Part shown: positions 55,652 through 64,000 of the stretch, in pieces
Layout of the letters: each line of letters opens with the position of its first letter
Position numbering within the stretch: position 1 is the first letter of the stretch
Source: a bacterium
Lineage (GTDB): Bacteria > Sysuimicrobiota > Sysuimicrobiia > Sysuimicrobiales > Humicultoraceae
Length of the DNA stretch: 64,000 bases
Assembly (NCBI GenBank): GCA_050695215.1
Contig: JBOGSD010000068.1
Location: 25,097-89,096 of the forward strand
Reading direction: 5' to 3'
Translations under genes and position numbers: made by a program
The notes under the pieces: generated by a model
The model's database searches: none
The model's input: the letters and a program-made list of their open reading frames with translations, nothing else
Told to the model about the DNA's origin: nothing

Positions 55652-58099
55652 CTACGCGTCTGAGGAGGGTTTGGTTCGGAGGGTGCGCTCCAGCGCGTCC
55701 AGTCCCATCAGGACCTCGCGAGGGTTGCTGCCCTGGACGGGTCCGACGATGCCGCGCGCCTCCAACTGGTCGACCAACCGCGCGGCGGTGACGTACCCGA
55801 TGCGCATCTTGCGCTGGAGGAGTGAGACCGACCCGTAGCCCGCCCGGACGACGATGCGGGCGGCTTCCGTGAAGCGCTCGCTGTCCTCGCCGGCCTCGCC
55901 CGCCGCTGACTGGCGCCCGGCGGCCAGGATGGACTCGTCGAAGGCGGGCTTGCCCTGTCCCCGCCACCAGTCCACGAGCGCCTGGATCTCCCCATCGCCG
56001 ATGAACGCGCCTTGCGCCCGGACGGCGCGGGACGCCCCCATCGGCAGGAAGAGCATGTCTCCGCGCCCCAGCAGTTTCTCCGCCCCCGGCCCGTCGATGA
56101 TGGTCCGGCTGTCCACCTGGCTACTGACGGCGAAGGCGATGCGCGAGGGGATGTTGGCCTTGATCAGACCGGTGATGACGTCCACGGAGGGACGCTGGGT
56201 AGCCACGACCAGGTGGATGCCGGTGGCGCGGGTCATCTGCGCCAGGCGGACGATCACGTCTTCAAAGTCCGCGGGCGCCACCATCATCAGGTCGGCCAGT
56301 TCGTCGATGATGATCACGATGAAGGGCAGCGGGGCGGCGTCGGCCAGCTCGTTGTAGGCCTGGACGTTGCGCACCCCGGCGGCGGCGAAGCGCTCGAACC
56401 GTTCCTCCATCACCCGCAGCATCTCCTTGAGCGCCCCGGCGGTGGCGCGCGGGTTGGTCACCACGGGGATGAGCAGGTGGGGGATGTCGTTGTAGTTGGT
56501 CAGCTCGATCCGCTTGGGGTCGATCATGACGAAGCGGACCTCGTCGGGCGTATAGCGGAAGAGCAGGCTGGCGATGATCGCGTTGAGCGCCACCGACTTG
56601 CCCGACCCGGTGGCGCCGGCGATGAGCAGGTGCGGCATCTCCGTCAGGTCGGCGACGATGGGATGGCCGGTCAGGTTCTTCCCGAGGGCGACGATCAGCG
56701 AGCCGACCTGCGTCTGAAAGGAGGGCTGGGTGAGGATCTCCCTGATGTGCACCAGGCTGGACTTCTGGTTGGGGATCTCGATGCCCACCGCCGACTTGCC
56801 GGGGATCGGCGCCTCGATACGCACGCTGGGGGCGGCCAGATTGAGGGCGATGTCGTTGGTCAGGCTGGTGATCTTCTGCACCTTCACCCCCGGCCCCGGC
56901 TGCACCTCGAAGCGGGTCACCACCGGCCCCTGCTCCCAGTGCACCACCTTGGCTTCCACGCCAAAACTGGCCAGCGTCTGCTCGAGGGCCCGTCCGGTCT
57001 CGCCCGGATCGGCGCGGGGGGCGCGGGGCCCCCGTGGCAGGTCACCGAGCAGCTCCACCGGCGGGCGTTCATAGATCGTCGGCGTCCGGGACGGCGTCGT
57101 CTCCGGGTCGCCGGCGATCACGGGCAGCAGCGACTCTTGATGCACCCGCTCCCGCGGCAGACGCCGCCGGGCCGCCGGGGGCACAGGTGACACGTCGGCG
57201 GAGCTGCCGCCGGATGCGACTGCCACGGCAGCAGGCAGCGGCAGCAGCACCTCGTCCGCAGGGGCGTACGCGCCATGTCCGGCTGGCTCCAGCGCGCCGT
57301 CCGCGACCTCTGCCGCCGCTGACGTCGCCACCGCCTGCGCGCGCCGGGCCGCCAAAGCGGCGGCCGTGCGCCTTCTCGCCCCTGCCCCCTCGACGAGCGC
57401 GCTCCTGATCAGCCCGTAAAGGGCGCGCGCGCCCGCCAGGGCAGCGGCCAGGAGGAGGCGGCCGGCGGCGAAGCCCAGGCGCAGCGCCATCTGCAGCAGC
57501 GACAGACCGGCGCGTCCCGCGGTCAGGGCCGCGTCGACCAAGCGGGGCAGCGGCAGCATGAAGAACCGCAGCAGGGCCACCACCGCGACGAGGACGATGA
57601 CCACCCAGAGCCCATTCTCTCCGACCAGGGCGCGTCCGGCGCGGACGAGCACCGCGCCCATGGCACCCGTTCCCTCCCCGGCGCGGGCCGCGGCGAACTC
57701 CCGCCCGCCGGGGATCAGCGCGTGACCGGCCGTGGCGGCCGCGAGGGCGCCCAGGACCAATCCCTGTACCCGGGGTGTCAGACGCGCCCGCCCCCGGGCC
57801 AGGATGATCACGGCTCCGCTGAGGAAGGTCAGCAGCGGAATCACCGGAGCCGCCACCCCCAGGGCCATCCGCTGCCAGTGCCCGAGCAGCAGCGCCGCTC
57901 CCGTCGCCCGCGGGAGGAAGCCCAGCGCCAGCAGCACGCCGGCAAGGAGCAGCGCCAGCCCGGCGCCGCTGCGCCGCGAGGTGGTCTGCCTGCGCCGGCG
58001 GGCCACGGATCGCCTCAGCGGAAGGTCCAGAGGAACACGGCCAGCCCCGCCACCCAGCAGTAGAGCGCAAAGAGCAGGAACCGCCCGCGGCGGATCCAC
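55652..58099 (-). CDS. ftsK: DNA translocase FtsK/SpoIIIE
   Basis: N-terminal TM helices, Pro/Ala-rich linker, motor domain with Walker A GATGSGKS, and a C-terminal gamma winged helix. The ORF-track start overlaps the uppP 3' end by 85 nt and may lie further downstream. Confidence 0.82.
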   Translation of the reverse strand: MDPPRAVPALCALLLGGGAGRVPLDLPLRRSVARRRRQTTSRRSGAGLALLLAGVLLALGFLPRATGAALLLGHWQRMALGVAAPVIPLLTFLSGAVIILARGRARLTPRVQGLVLGALAAATAGHALIPGGREFAAARAGEGTGAMGAVLVRAGRALVGENGLWVVIVLVAVVALLRFFMLPLPRLVDAALTAGRAGLSLLQMALRLGFAAGRLLLAAALAGARALYGLIRSALVEGAGARRRTAAALAARRAQAVATSAAAEVADGALEPAGHGAYAPADEVLLPLPAAVAVASGGSSADVSPVPPAARRRLPRERVHQESLLPVIAGDPETTPSRTPTIYERPPVELLGDLPRGPRAPRADPGETGRALEQTLASFGVEAKVVHWEQGPVVTRFEVQPGPGVKVQKITSLTNDIALNLAAPSVRIEAPIPGKSAVGIEIPNQKSSLVHIREILTQPSFQTQVGSLIVALGKNLTGHPIVADLTEMPHLLIAGATGSGKSVALNAIIASLLFRYTPDEVRFVMIDPKRIELTNYNDIPHLLIPVVTNPRATAGALKEMLRVMEERFERFAAAGVRNVQAYNELADAAPLPFIVIIIDELADLMMVAPADFEDVIVRLAQMTRATGIHLVVATQRPSVDVITGLIKANIPSRIAFAVSSQVDSRTIIDGPGAEKLLGRGDMLFLPMGASRAVRAQGAFIGDGEIQALVDWWRGQGKPAFDESILAAGRQSAAGEAGEDSERFTEAARIVVRAGYGSVSLLQRKMRIGYVTAARLVDQLEARGIVGPVQGSNPREVLMGLDALERTLRTKPSSDA

Positions 58100-58806
58100 G
58101 CCAGCAGCCAGCGGATCGCGATCATGCCGAACAGCGCGGAGACCGCGAATCCCACGGCCAGCTCGGCCGGCGCATAGCCCAGCGCGAAGGCCTCGCCCAG
58201 ATCGCGCAGCGCGAACAGCCCGGCCGCCACGAGCGCCGGGATGGCCATCAAGAAGGAGAGGCGCGCCGCCTCTTCCCGGCTCATGCCGCTCCAGACGGCG
58301 GTGGCGATGGTGAGGCCGGAGCGGGAAATCCCGGGGACGATCGAGATGCCCTGCGCCACGCCCAGGACGGCCGCGTCACGCAGGCGCGCGTCCACCATGC
58401 GCCGCCCGCCGCGCTCCCGGGCAAGCACCAGGATCAGGCCGGTGACCATCAGTTGGGCCGCCGTCCCCCGCACCGACGAGAACATCCGCTCGAACGGCGC
58501 CTGGAAGACGAGACCGATCAGAGCGGTCACCGCGGTGGCGATGATGAGGAGCCAGGCCACCCGCCGATAGGCGCCGTCCGTCCCGTCTCCCGGGCGCCCC
58601 AGCCCCGCCCGCACGAGGCGGCGCACCTCCGGCCAGAAGAGCACGATCGCCGCCAGGGCGGTGCCCAGATGCAGCACGGCTTCGAGGACGACCCCGGGCC
58701 TGGGCAGGCGCAGGAAATGCGCGGCGAAGACGAGGTGGGCGGAACTGCTGACGGGGAGGAATTCGGTGAGACCCTGAATGATGCCGAGGATGATCATCTG
58801 CGCCAT
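58015..58806 (-). CDS. uppP: Undecaprenyl-diphosphate phosphatase
   Basis: BacA/UppP motifs GLTEFLPVSSSAHL and PGISRSG. Confidence 0.85.
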   Translation of the reverse strand: MAQMIILGIIQGLTEFLPVSSSAHLVFAAHFLRLPRPGVVLEAVLHLGTALAAIVLFWPEVRRLVRAGLGRPGDGTDGAYRRVAWLLIIATAVTALIGLVFQAPFERMFSSVRGTAAQLMVTGLILVLARERGGRRMVDARLRDAAVLGVAQGISIVPGISRSGLTIATAVWSGMSREEAARLSFLMAIPALVAAGLFALRDLGEAFALGYAPAELAVGFAVSALFGMIAIRWLLAWIRRGRFLLFALYCWVAGLAVFLWTFR

Positions 58807-58987
58807 GCGCTGCTCCGACGAGAAGTTCGGCGAACTCCGACGATTTCAGTACGATCTTAGCCGATTCGCCGACCGATGACCTTCTCCCTCTGGCTCTAGA
58901 GTCCACCTCTGGTGATGAGGGGGTCTGGGTCGGGGCGGCCGAACTACGAGCTCACGGCATCCCTCCCCCACCCCCTCATCCCTATAG

Positions 58988-60724
58988 TCAGACCTCTACC
59001 ACCATGGGGAGGATCATCGGTTGACGCTTCGTCCGCTCGTACAGAAACCGGCTGAGATCCTCACGGATGGCGCTCTTCACCGCGGCCCAATCGGTGCCGT
59101 GCGTCTTCTGGAGCCGCTTCATCGTCTCTCCAACGCGCTCGCGGACCTCGGCCAGCAGCGGTTCGGCTTCACGCATGTAGACGAAGCCGCGGGAGACCAC
59201 GTCGGGGCCGCTGATGATCTCGCCGGAGGCCTGGTCCAATCCCAGCAGGACGATCACGATGCCGTCGCGGGCGAGGTGCTGCCGGTCCCGCAGGACGACG
59301 GCACCCACGTCGCCGACCCCCAGCCCGTCCACGAGGACGTTCCCGGCGGCCAGCCGCCCGGCGATGCGGGGATGCGCGCCGATCTCGAAAATACTGCCGT
59401 TCTCCCCCACCAGGATGCGCGAGGAGGGGATCCCCGTCTGGGCGGCGAGGCGGCTGTTCTGGACCAGCATCCGGTACTCCCCGTGCACCGGAATGAAGAC
59501 CTGCGGGCGCAGCAGGTTGGTCATCAACTTCAGCTCTTCCGCGGCGCCGTGCCCCGAGACGTGGACGCCGCTCTCCCGGCCGTAGACCACCTCTGCGCCG
59601 CGGCGGAAGAGATTGTCGATGGTCCGCGAGACCACCGCTTCGTTTCCGGGAATCGCCGACGCCGAAAAGATCACCGTATCCCCGCGCTTGAGGGTGAGCG
59701 CCCGGTGGGTCCCCGCGGCCACCCGGGAGAGCCCCGCCAGCGGTTCTCCCTGGCTGCCGGTGATCAGAATGATCACGCGCCGATCGGGGAGGTGGCGCGC
59801 TTCCTCCACCGTGGCCAGCAGGCCGGGCGGGGCCTTGAGGTGACCGGTCGCCTGGGCGATGCGCACGCTTTGCTCCATCGACCGGCCGACCACCCCCACC
59901 CGCCGGTCGGTGGAAGCGGCCAGATCGATCACTTGCTGCAGGCGGTGCACGTTGCTGGCGAAGGTGGTGACGATGACCCGGCCGCGGCGGCCCGCCACCT
60001 GCCGGGCCAGCCCCTCACCGGCCACCCGTTCGGACGGCGTGTAGCCGGACCGCTCACTGTTCGTGCTGTCCAACAACAGGGCCGTCACGCCCGCCTCGCC
60101 CACCTCGGCGAGACGGGCCACGTCGGTGGGCCGTCCGTCCACCGGCGTCTGATCGAACTTGAAATCGCCGCTGACCACGACCGTCCCCCCGCTCGCCCGG
60201 ACGACCACGGCGGCGGCGCCGGGAATGCTGTGGCTGACGCGCACCAGCTCGACCCGGAAGGGGCCGAGGGTCACCTCCTCCCGGTAGCCGGTCGGCCGCC
60301 AGCGCGCCTCTCGTCCGCGCTCGGCGGCGCGCTCCTTCGCCAGGGCCACCGTCAACGGCGAGCCGATGACCACCGGCTGTTGGTGTTCCAGCAGGAAGGG
60401 CAGCGCCCCGATGTGGTCCTCGTGGCCGTGGGTGAGCACGACCCCGTGCAGGCGGACGCGCTGGGAGGCGATGAGGGAGAAGTCGGGGATGACGAGGTCG
60501 ATGCCCAGCAGTTCCTCTTCGGGGAAGCGCAGCCCGGCATCGATGAGGAGGGCGTCCCCTCCTGCCTGAATGAGGGTGGCGTTCTTGCCGATCTCTCCCA
60601 GACCGCCCAGGGCGACGATCTGCAGCCGGCCGCGCCCGCTCTTCGGGGGCTTAGCCTGGTCGGGGCCGGTGCCGCGCGGCGCAGCGCCCTTCCGGGTCCG
60701 TTTGAGGGAACGGGTTGCGGTCAT
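58988..60724 (-). CDS. rnj: Ribonuclease J
   Basis: Metallo-beta-lactamase HGHEDHIG, beta-CASP and C-terminal domains. Basic N-terminal tail. Confidence 0.88.
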   Translation of the reverse strand: MTATRSLKRTRKGAAPRGTGPDQAKPPKSGRGRLQIVALGGLGEIGKNATLIQAGGDALLIDAGLRFPEEELLGIDLVIPDFSLIASQRVRLHGVVLTHGHEDHIGALPFLLEHQQPVVIGSPLTVALAKERAAERGREARWRPTGYREEVTLGPFRVELVRVSHSIPGAAAVVVRASGGTVVVSGDFKFDQTPVDGRPTDVARLAEVGEAGVTALLLDSTNSERSGYTPSERVAGEGLARQVAGRRGRVIVTTFASNVHRLQQVIDLAASTDRRVGVVGRSMEQSVRIAQATGHLKAPPGLLATVEEARHLPDRRVIILITGSQGEPLAGLSRVAAGTHRALTLKRGDTVIFSASAIPGNEAVVSRTIDNLFRRGAEVVYGRESGVHVSGHGAAEELKLMTNLLRPQVFIPVHGEYRMLVQNSRLAAQTGIPSSRILVGENGSIFEIGAHPRIAGRLAAGNVLVDGLGVGDVGAVVLRDRQHLARDGIVIVLLGLDQASGEIISGPDVVSRGFVYMREAEPLLAEVRERVGETMKRLQKTHGTDWAAVKSAIREDLSRFLYERTKRQPMILPMVVEV

Positions 60725-61500
60725 GGGCGCCCGCCGAGCCCCCGCAACTGCGGGCGGATCTTGCGGGCATCCGCGCGCAGGGTCTCCCGCGCCATGCCGT
60801 ACAACGCCGCCGCGGGATGGTAGAGAGGAAGGATCGTCCGGCCCTCCAGGTGGATGGCCCGCCCGTGCACCGCCGAGAGCTTCGCCGCCGGATCGAACGC
60901 CGCCAGGGCATGCGCGCCCAGCGTGAGGATCAGACGCGGCCGGAGGATCGCCAGTTGCTCCTCCAGCCAGTGCCGGCAGGCGGCGGCTTCATCGGGGCGA
61001 GGGGCACGGTTGGGACCTGCCCTGCGGTCGGTGGGGTGAGACTTCACGACGTTGGTGATGTAGATCTCGTCGCGGCGGAGCCCCGCCTCGGCGAGCAGGT
61101 CGTCCAGGACGCGGCCGGCGGCGCCGACGAAGGGGCGGCCCTGCTCATCTTCCCGGCGGCCGGGGCCTTCCCCAACGACCATCACCGTGGCCGTGGCCGG
61201 TCCCTCCCCCGGCACGGCCTTGAGGCGCGTCCGCCACAACCGACAGCGCCGGCAGCGGCGGATCTGCTCATGCAGGGCGGTGATCGCCTGGGACCGCGCC
61301 GCCTGCGAACGAGGCCGGATTAGACCGCGACAGGCAGAAGGGACAACTCTGCCAGCACAGCGTGGATCTGCTCCTGCTCCTTCGGCGTGGCCTCCACGAG
61401 CGGCAGCCGGGGCGCGCCGGCGTCGAACCCCGCCAACCGCAGGGCGGCCTTCAGCGGCACCGGGTTGGTGGTGATGAAGAGGACCTTGAAAAGCGGCCAC
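60721..61500 (-). CDS. Uracil-DNA glycosylase, family 4 (Fe-S type); start codon uncertain
   Basis: CRRCRL Cys cluster, GEGPG...E.Q..PFVG motif and HPAAALY. The ORF-track start would overlap dapA by about 180 nt; the true start probably lies near or below 61320 on a non-ATG codon. Confidence 0.65.
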   Translation of the reverse strand: MAAFQGPLHHHQPGAAEGRPAVGGVRRRRAPAAARGGHAEGAGADPRCAGRVVPSACRGLIRPRSQAARSQAITALHEQIRRCRRCRLWRTRLKAVPGEGPATATVMVVGEGPGRREDEQGRPFVGAAGRVLDDLLAEAGLRRDEIYITNVVKSHPTDRRAGPNRAPRPDEAAACRHWLEEQLAILRPRLILTLGAHALAAFDPAAKLSAVHGRAIHLEGRTILPLYHPAAALYGMARETLRADARKIRPQLRGLGGRP

Positions 61501-62213
61501 AGCCGCAGGTGCAGCGAGAGCGCAGCGGCCGTGTCACCGGCAGCAAACGCGCGGATCATCTTCCCGATCTCCTCGCCGGCCAGATGGGAGGCGACGCTGA
61601 CCACGCCCGTCCCGCCGACCGCCAGCATCGGCAGGGTCAGGCTGTCGTCGCCGGAGTAGATCAGAAAACCCGCGGGAGTGCGCTTGCGCACGTCAGAGGC
61701 CTGGTCGAGGCTGCCGGAGGCTTCTTTGATCCCGACGATGTTCGGCACTTCGGCGAGCCGCGCCACGGTCTCGGGGAGGCAGTTCACCCCCGTCCGGCCG
61801 GGGATATTGTAGAGCATCACCGGCAGGGAGGTGGATTCGGCGACCGCGCGAAAGTGCGCGTAGAGCCCATCCTGGCTGGGGCGGTTGTAGTAGGGATTGA
61901 CCAGCAGGATGCCGTCGGCGCCCGCGCGCGCCGCGTCTTTGGTCAAATGGATCGAATGGGCGGTGTCGTAGGTCCCCGTCCCGGCGATCACCTTGGCCCG
62001 CTCCCCCACCGCCTCTTTGACGATCCGGAAGAGCCTGACCTTCTCCTCGTCGGAGAGCGTCGGTGATTCGCCCGTCGTGCCGGCGACCACCAGACTCTCG
62101 CTCCCGTGCGCGGCCAGCCGGCGCGCCAGTTCTCCCGCCCGCCGTTCATCGAGCCGCCCCTCCCGATCGAAGGGCGTGGCCATCGCGGTGATGACGTTGC
62201 CGAACTGCGTCAT
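61320..62213 (-). CDS. dapA: 4-hydroxy-tetrahydrodipicolinate synthase
   Basis: DapA fold with GTTGE and catalytic Lys region. Start at ATG 62213 with a GGAGGAAGG RBS. Confidence 0.88.
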   Translation of the reverse strand: MTQFGNVITAMATPFDREGRLDERRAGELARRLAAHGSESLVVAGTTGESPTLSDEEKVRLFRIVKEAVGERAKVIAGTGTYDTAHSIHLTKDAARAGADGILLVNPYYNRPSQDGLYAHFRAVAESTSLPVMLYNIPGRTGVNCLPETVARLAEVPNIVGIKEASGSLDQASDVRKRTPAGFLIYSGDDSLTLPMLAVGGTGVVSVASHLAGEEIGKMIRAFAAGDTAAALSLHLRLWPLFKVLFITTNPVPLKAALRLAGFDAGAPRLPLVEATPKEQEQIHAVLAELSLLPVAV

Positions 62214-62275
62214 GGTCCTTCCTCCATGTCTCCGGGAGCCATCTGCTTCCGGGTATCGGGGAGCATGCTGCTGCA

Positions 62276-63529
62276 CTATCCGGGAGCCTCCTGCTCGGAG
62301 GCCACCTGTTCACCCAACCCGAACTCGTCGTGCAGCGCCCGCAGCGCCCGCTCCATCTGCTCCCGCCGGACCAGGCAAGAGATCGTCGTGTGGGAGTCCG
62401 CGGTCTGGAGGATCTCCGCCTCGGCCGCCGCCAGGGCCTTCACCACCCTGGCCATCACCCCGGGGACGCCGCGCATCCCCGCGCCGATGATGGAGACCTT
62501 GGCGCACGGGCCGGTGATGGACACCTCGTACCCCTCGTCTCGGAGCAACCCGACGGCCCGCGGGGAGTCATCCTCTCTTACGGTGAACGCGAGCACGTCG
62601 GGCATCAGCGTGATCAGGTCGATGCTGATCCCTTCGGCGGCCAGCCGGCCCAGCGCCGTCAGGGGAGGGGTGAGGGTTTCGCCCGCCGCCCGCCGCAGCC
62701 TCAGCTGCACGACGTCAGGCAAGTGAGCCAGCGCGATCACCGGGCGGCCGTCGCTGATCGGGACGCCCAGTTCAGGTCCGCGCACAAGCAGCGTGCCTCC
62801 GGTCCGTCCGGACCCCATCCGGCGGATGACCACCCGCACGTCGTGCTCGCGACCGATGTCCGCGGCCCGCGGGTGGATCACCCTGGCGCCGAGGGCCGCC
62901 ATCTGCGAGACCTCATCATAGGAGATCTGCGTGATGACGCGTCCCGTAGGCACAACTTTGGGATCGGCGGTCATGACTCCTTCCACATCCTTGTAGATCT
63001 CCACGAGACCAGCCGGCAGCGCCGCGCCCAGGGCGATGGCCGTGGTGTCGCTGCCCCCGCGGCCCAGCGTCGTCACCTCCTGTTCCGCGGTCACGCCCTG
63101 AAACCCCGCGACGACGGTGATCCGCCCGGCGGCCAGGTGGCGGCGGATGGGCCCGGGATCGATGTGCAGGATGCGGGCCTGCCCGAAGTCGCCCGTGGTC
63201 TGGATGCCGGCCTGCGAGCCGGTCAGCGCGATCGCGGCGGCGCCGGCCCGCTCGAGCGTGTGCGTCAGCAGCGCCGTGGAGATGATCTCGCCGCAGGAAA
63301 GCAGGAGATCCAGCGTGCGGGGGGAGACGTCACGGTCCTCCCGTGTGGCCAGACCGATCAGCGTATCGGTGGCGTAGGGGTCGCCCTCCCGGCCGATGGC
63401 CGATGCCACGACCACGACCGGCGTGCCTTCGCGGCGGGTGGCGATGACCTGGGCGGCGACCTCCTCCCGCCCCTGCGGCGTCGCCAGCAGCACGCCGCCG
63501 TACTTCTGGACGATTACAGACATCGGCAC
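62276..63529 (-). CDS. lysC: Aspartate kinase
   Basis: Amino-acid kinase domain (VQKYGG) followed by two C-terminal ACT domains. Confidence 0.88.
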   Translation of the reverse strand: MPMSVIVQKYGGVLLATPQGREEVAAQVIATRREGTPVVVVASAIGREGDPYATDTLIGLATREDRDVSPRTLDLLLSCGEIISTALLTHTLERAGAAAIALTGSQAGIQTTGDFGQARILHIDPGPIRRHLAAGRITVVAGFQGVTAEQEVTTLGRGGSDTTAIALGAALPAGLVEIYKDVEGVMTADPKVVPTGRVITQISYDEVSQMAALGARVIHPRAADIGREHDVRVVIRRMGSGRTGGTLLVRGPELGVPISDGRPVIALAHLPDVVQLRLRRAAGETLTPPLTALGRLAAEGISIDLITLMPDVLAFTVREDDSPRAVGLLRDEGYEVSITGPCAKVSIIGAGMRGVPGVMARVVKALAAAEAEILQTADSHTTISCLVRREQMERALRALHDEFGLGEQVASEQEAPG

Positions 63530-63563
63530 CGCACTCCTCGGTGAGCCGCTGCCACCCTCACGC

Positions 63564-64000
63564 TCAGGTGCGCGCCGCCGCCCGCGGCAGCAGCCGCTGG
63601 GCCAGGAGCGTCTCGGCGATCTGCACCGCGTTGAGCGCGGCGCCCTTGCGCAGGTTATCGCCCGCGGCCACGAAGAGCAGGCCGGTGGGCGATGTGGGAT
63701 CCCGGCGCATCCGCCCTACTAGCACCTCGTCCCGCCCGGCGCTGAGCAGGGGGGTGGGGAAGCGGCCCTCCTGCGGCGCGTCGACCACGTCCACGCCGGG
63801 GCTGGCGGCGAGGATCCGCCGCGCCTCCTCCGGAGTCAGCGGGCGCTCGAGATCCAGGTGGACGGCCACGGTGTGCCCCACGAGCACCGGCACACGCATG
63901 GTGGTAGGGAGGACGGGGAAGTCCGCCTCCATGATCTTGTGCGTCTCGGCCACGATCTTCAGTTCTTCCTCGGTGTAGCCGTCCTCGCCCCACTTCCACT
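63564..64000 (-). CDS. asd: Aspartate-semialdehyde dehydrogenase, 3' portion (5' end beyond window)
   Basis: C-terminal Asd dimerisation-domain sequence. The reading frame is open to the window edge. Confidence 0.8.
   Translation of the reverse strand, partial: WKWGEDGYTEEELKIVAETHKIMEADFPVLPTTMRVPVLVGHTVAVHLDLERPLTPEEARRILAASPGVDVVDAPQEGRFPTPLLSAGRDEVLVGRMRRDPTSPTGLLFVAAGDNLRKGAALNAVQIAETLLAQRLLPRAAART

Overview
High-GC (about 68-70%) bacterial chromosomal segment. I read roughly 50 genes, the great majority on the minus strand; the long plus-strand ORFs antisense to them are GC artefacts. Recognisable content from 5' to 3': thiolase 3' end; a DUF2652 cyclase-like/SRPBCC fusion; a Xer-type tyrosine recombinase in an operon with two small unknown proteins, divergent from lexA with a Cheo-like SOS box; a tricarboxylate cluster (TctC, a TctA::TctB fusion, a PrpF-family isomerase, a TcuA-like flavoprotein, a PrpB-like lyase); a co-directional string hflX, class I aminotransferase, miaA, mutL, mutS; DUF305 and a TPMT-family methyltransferase; a ~100-nt tRNA-Sec (anticodon UCA) next to selB and selA (overlapping GTGA start/stop); PHP phosphoesterase, ymdB, rny; sbcC and sbcD with four 26-bp tandem repeats directly upstream; a UvrD-like helicase with a RecB/Cas4-type nuclease tail; recX; a recA interrupted by a 359-aa LAGLIDADG intein at the RecA-b site and preceded by a second SOS box; thpR, cinA, a RodZ-like protein; psuG and psuK; a 1168-aa Zn-ribbon/class III cyclase/AAA/TPR protein; citrate synthase; a cytosine-deaminase-like amidohydrolase with a BMP-family nucleoside ABC transporter; ftsK, uppP, rnj, a family-4 UDG, dapA, lysC and the 3' end of asd. 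No CRISPR array and no in-frame-TGA selenoprotein gene was seen in the window. All calls are from reading the sequence and the supplied translations; no database search was run.
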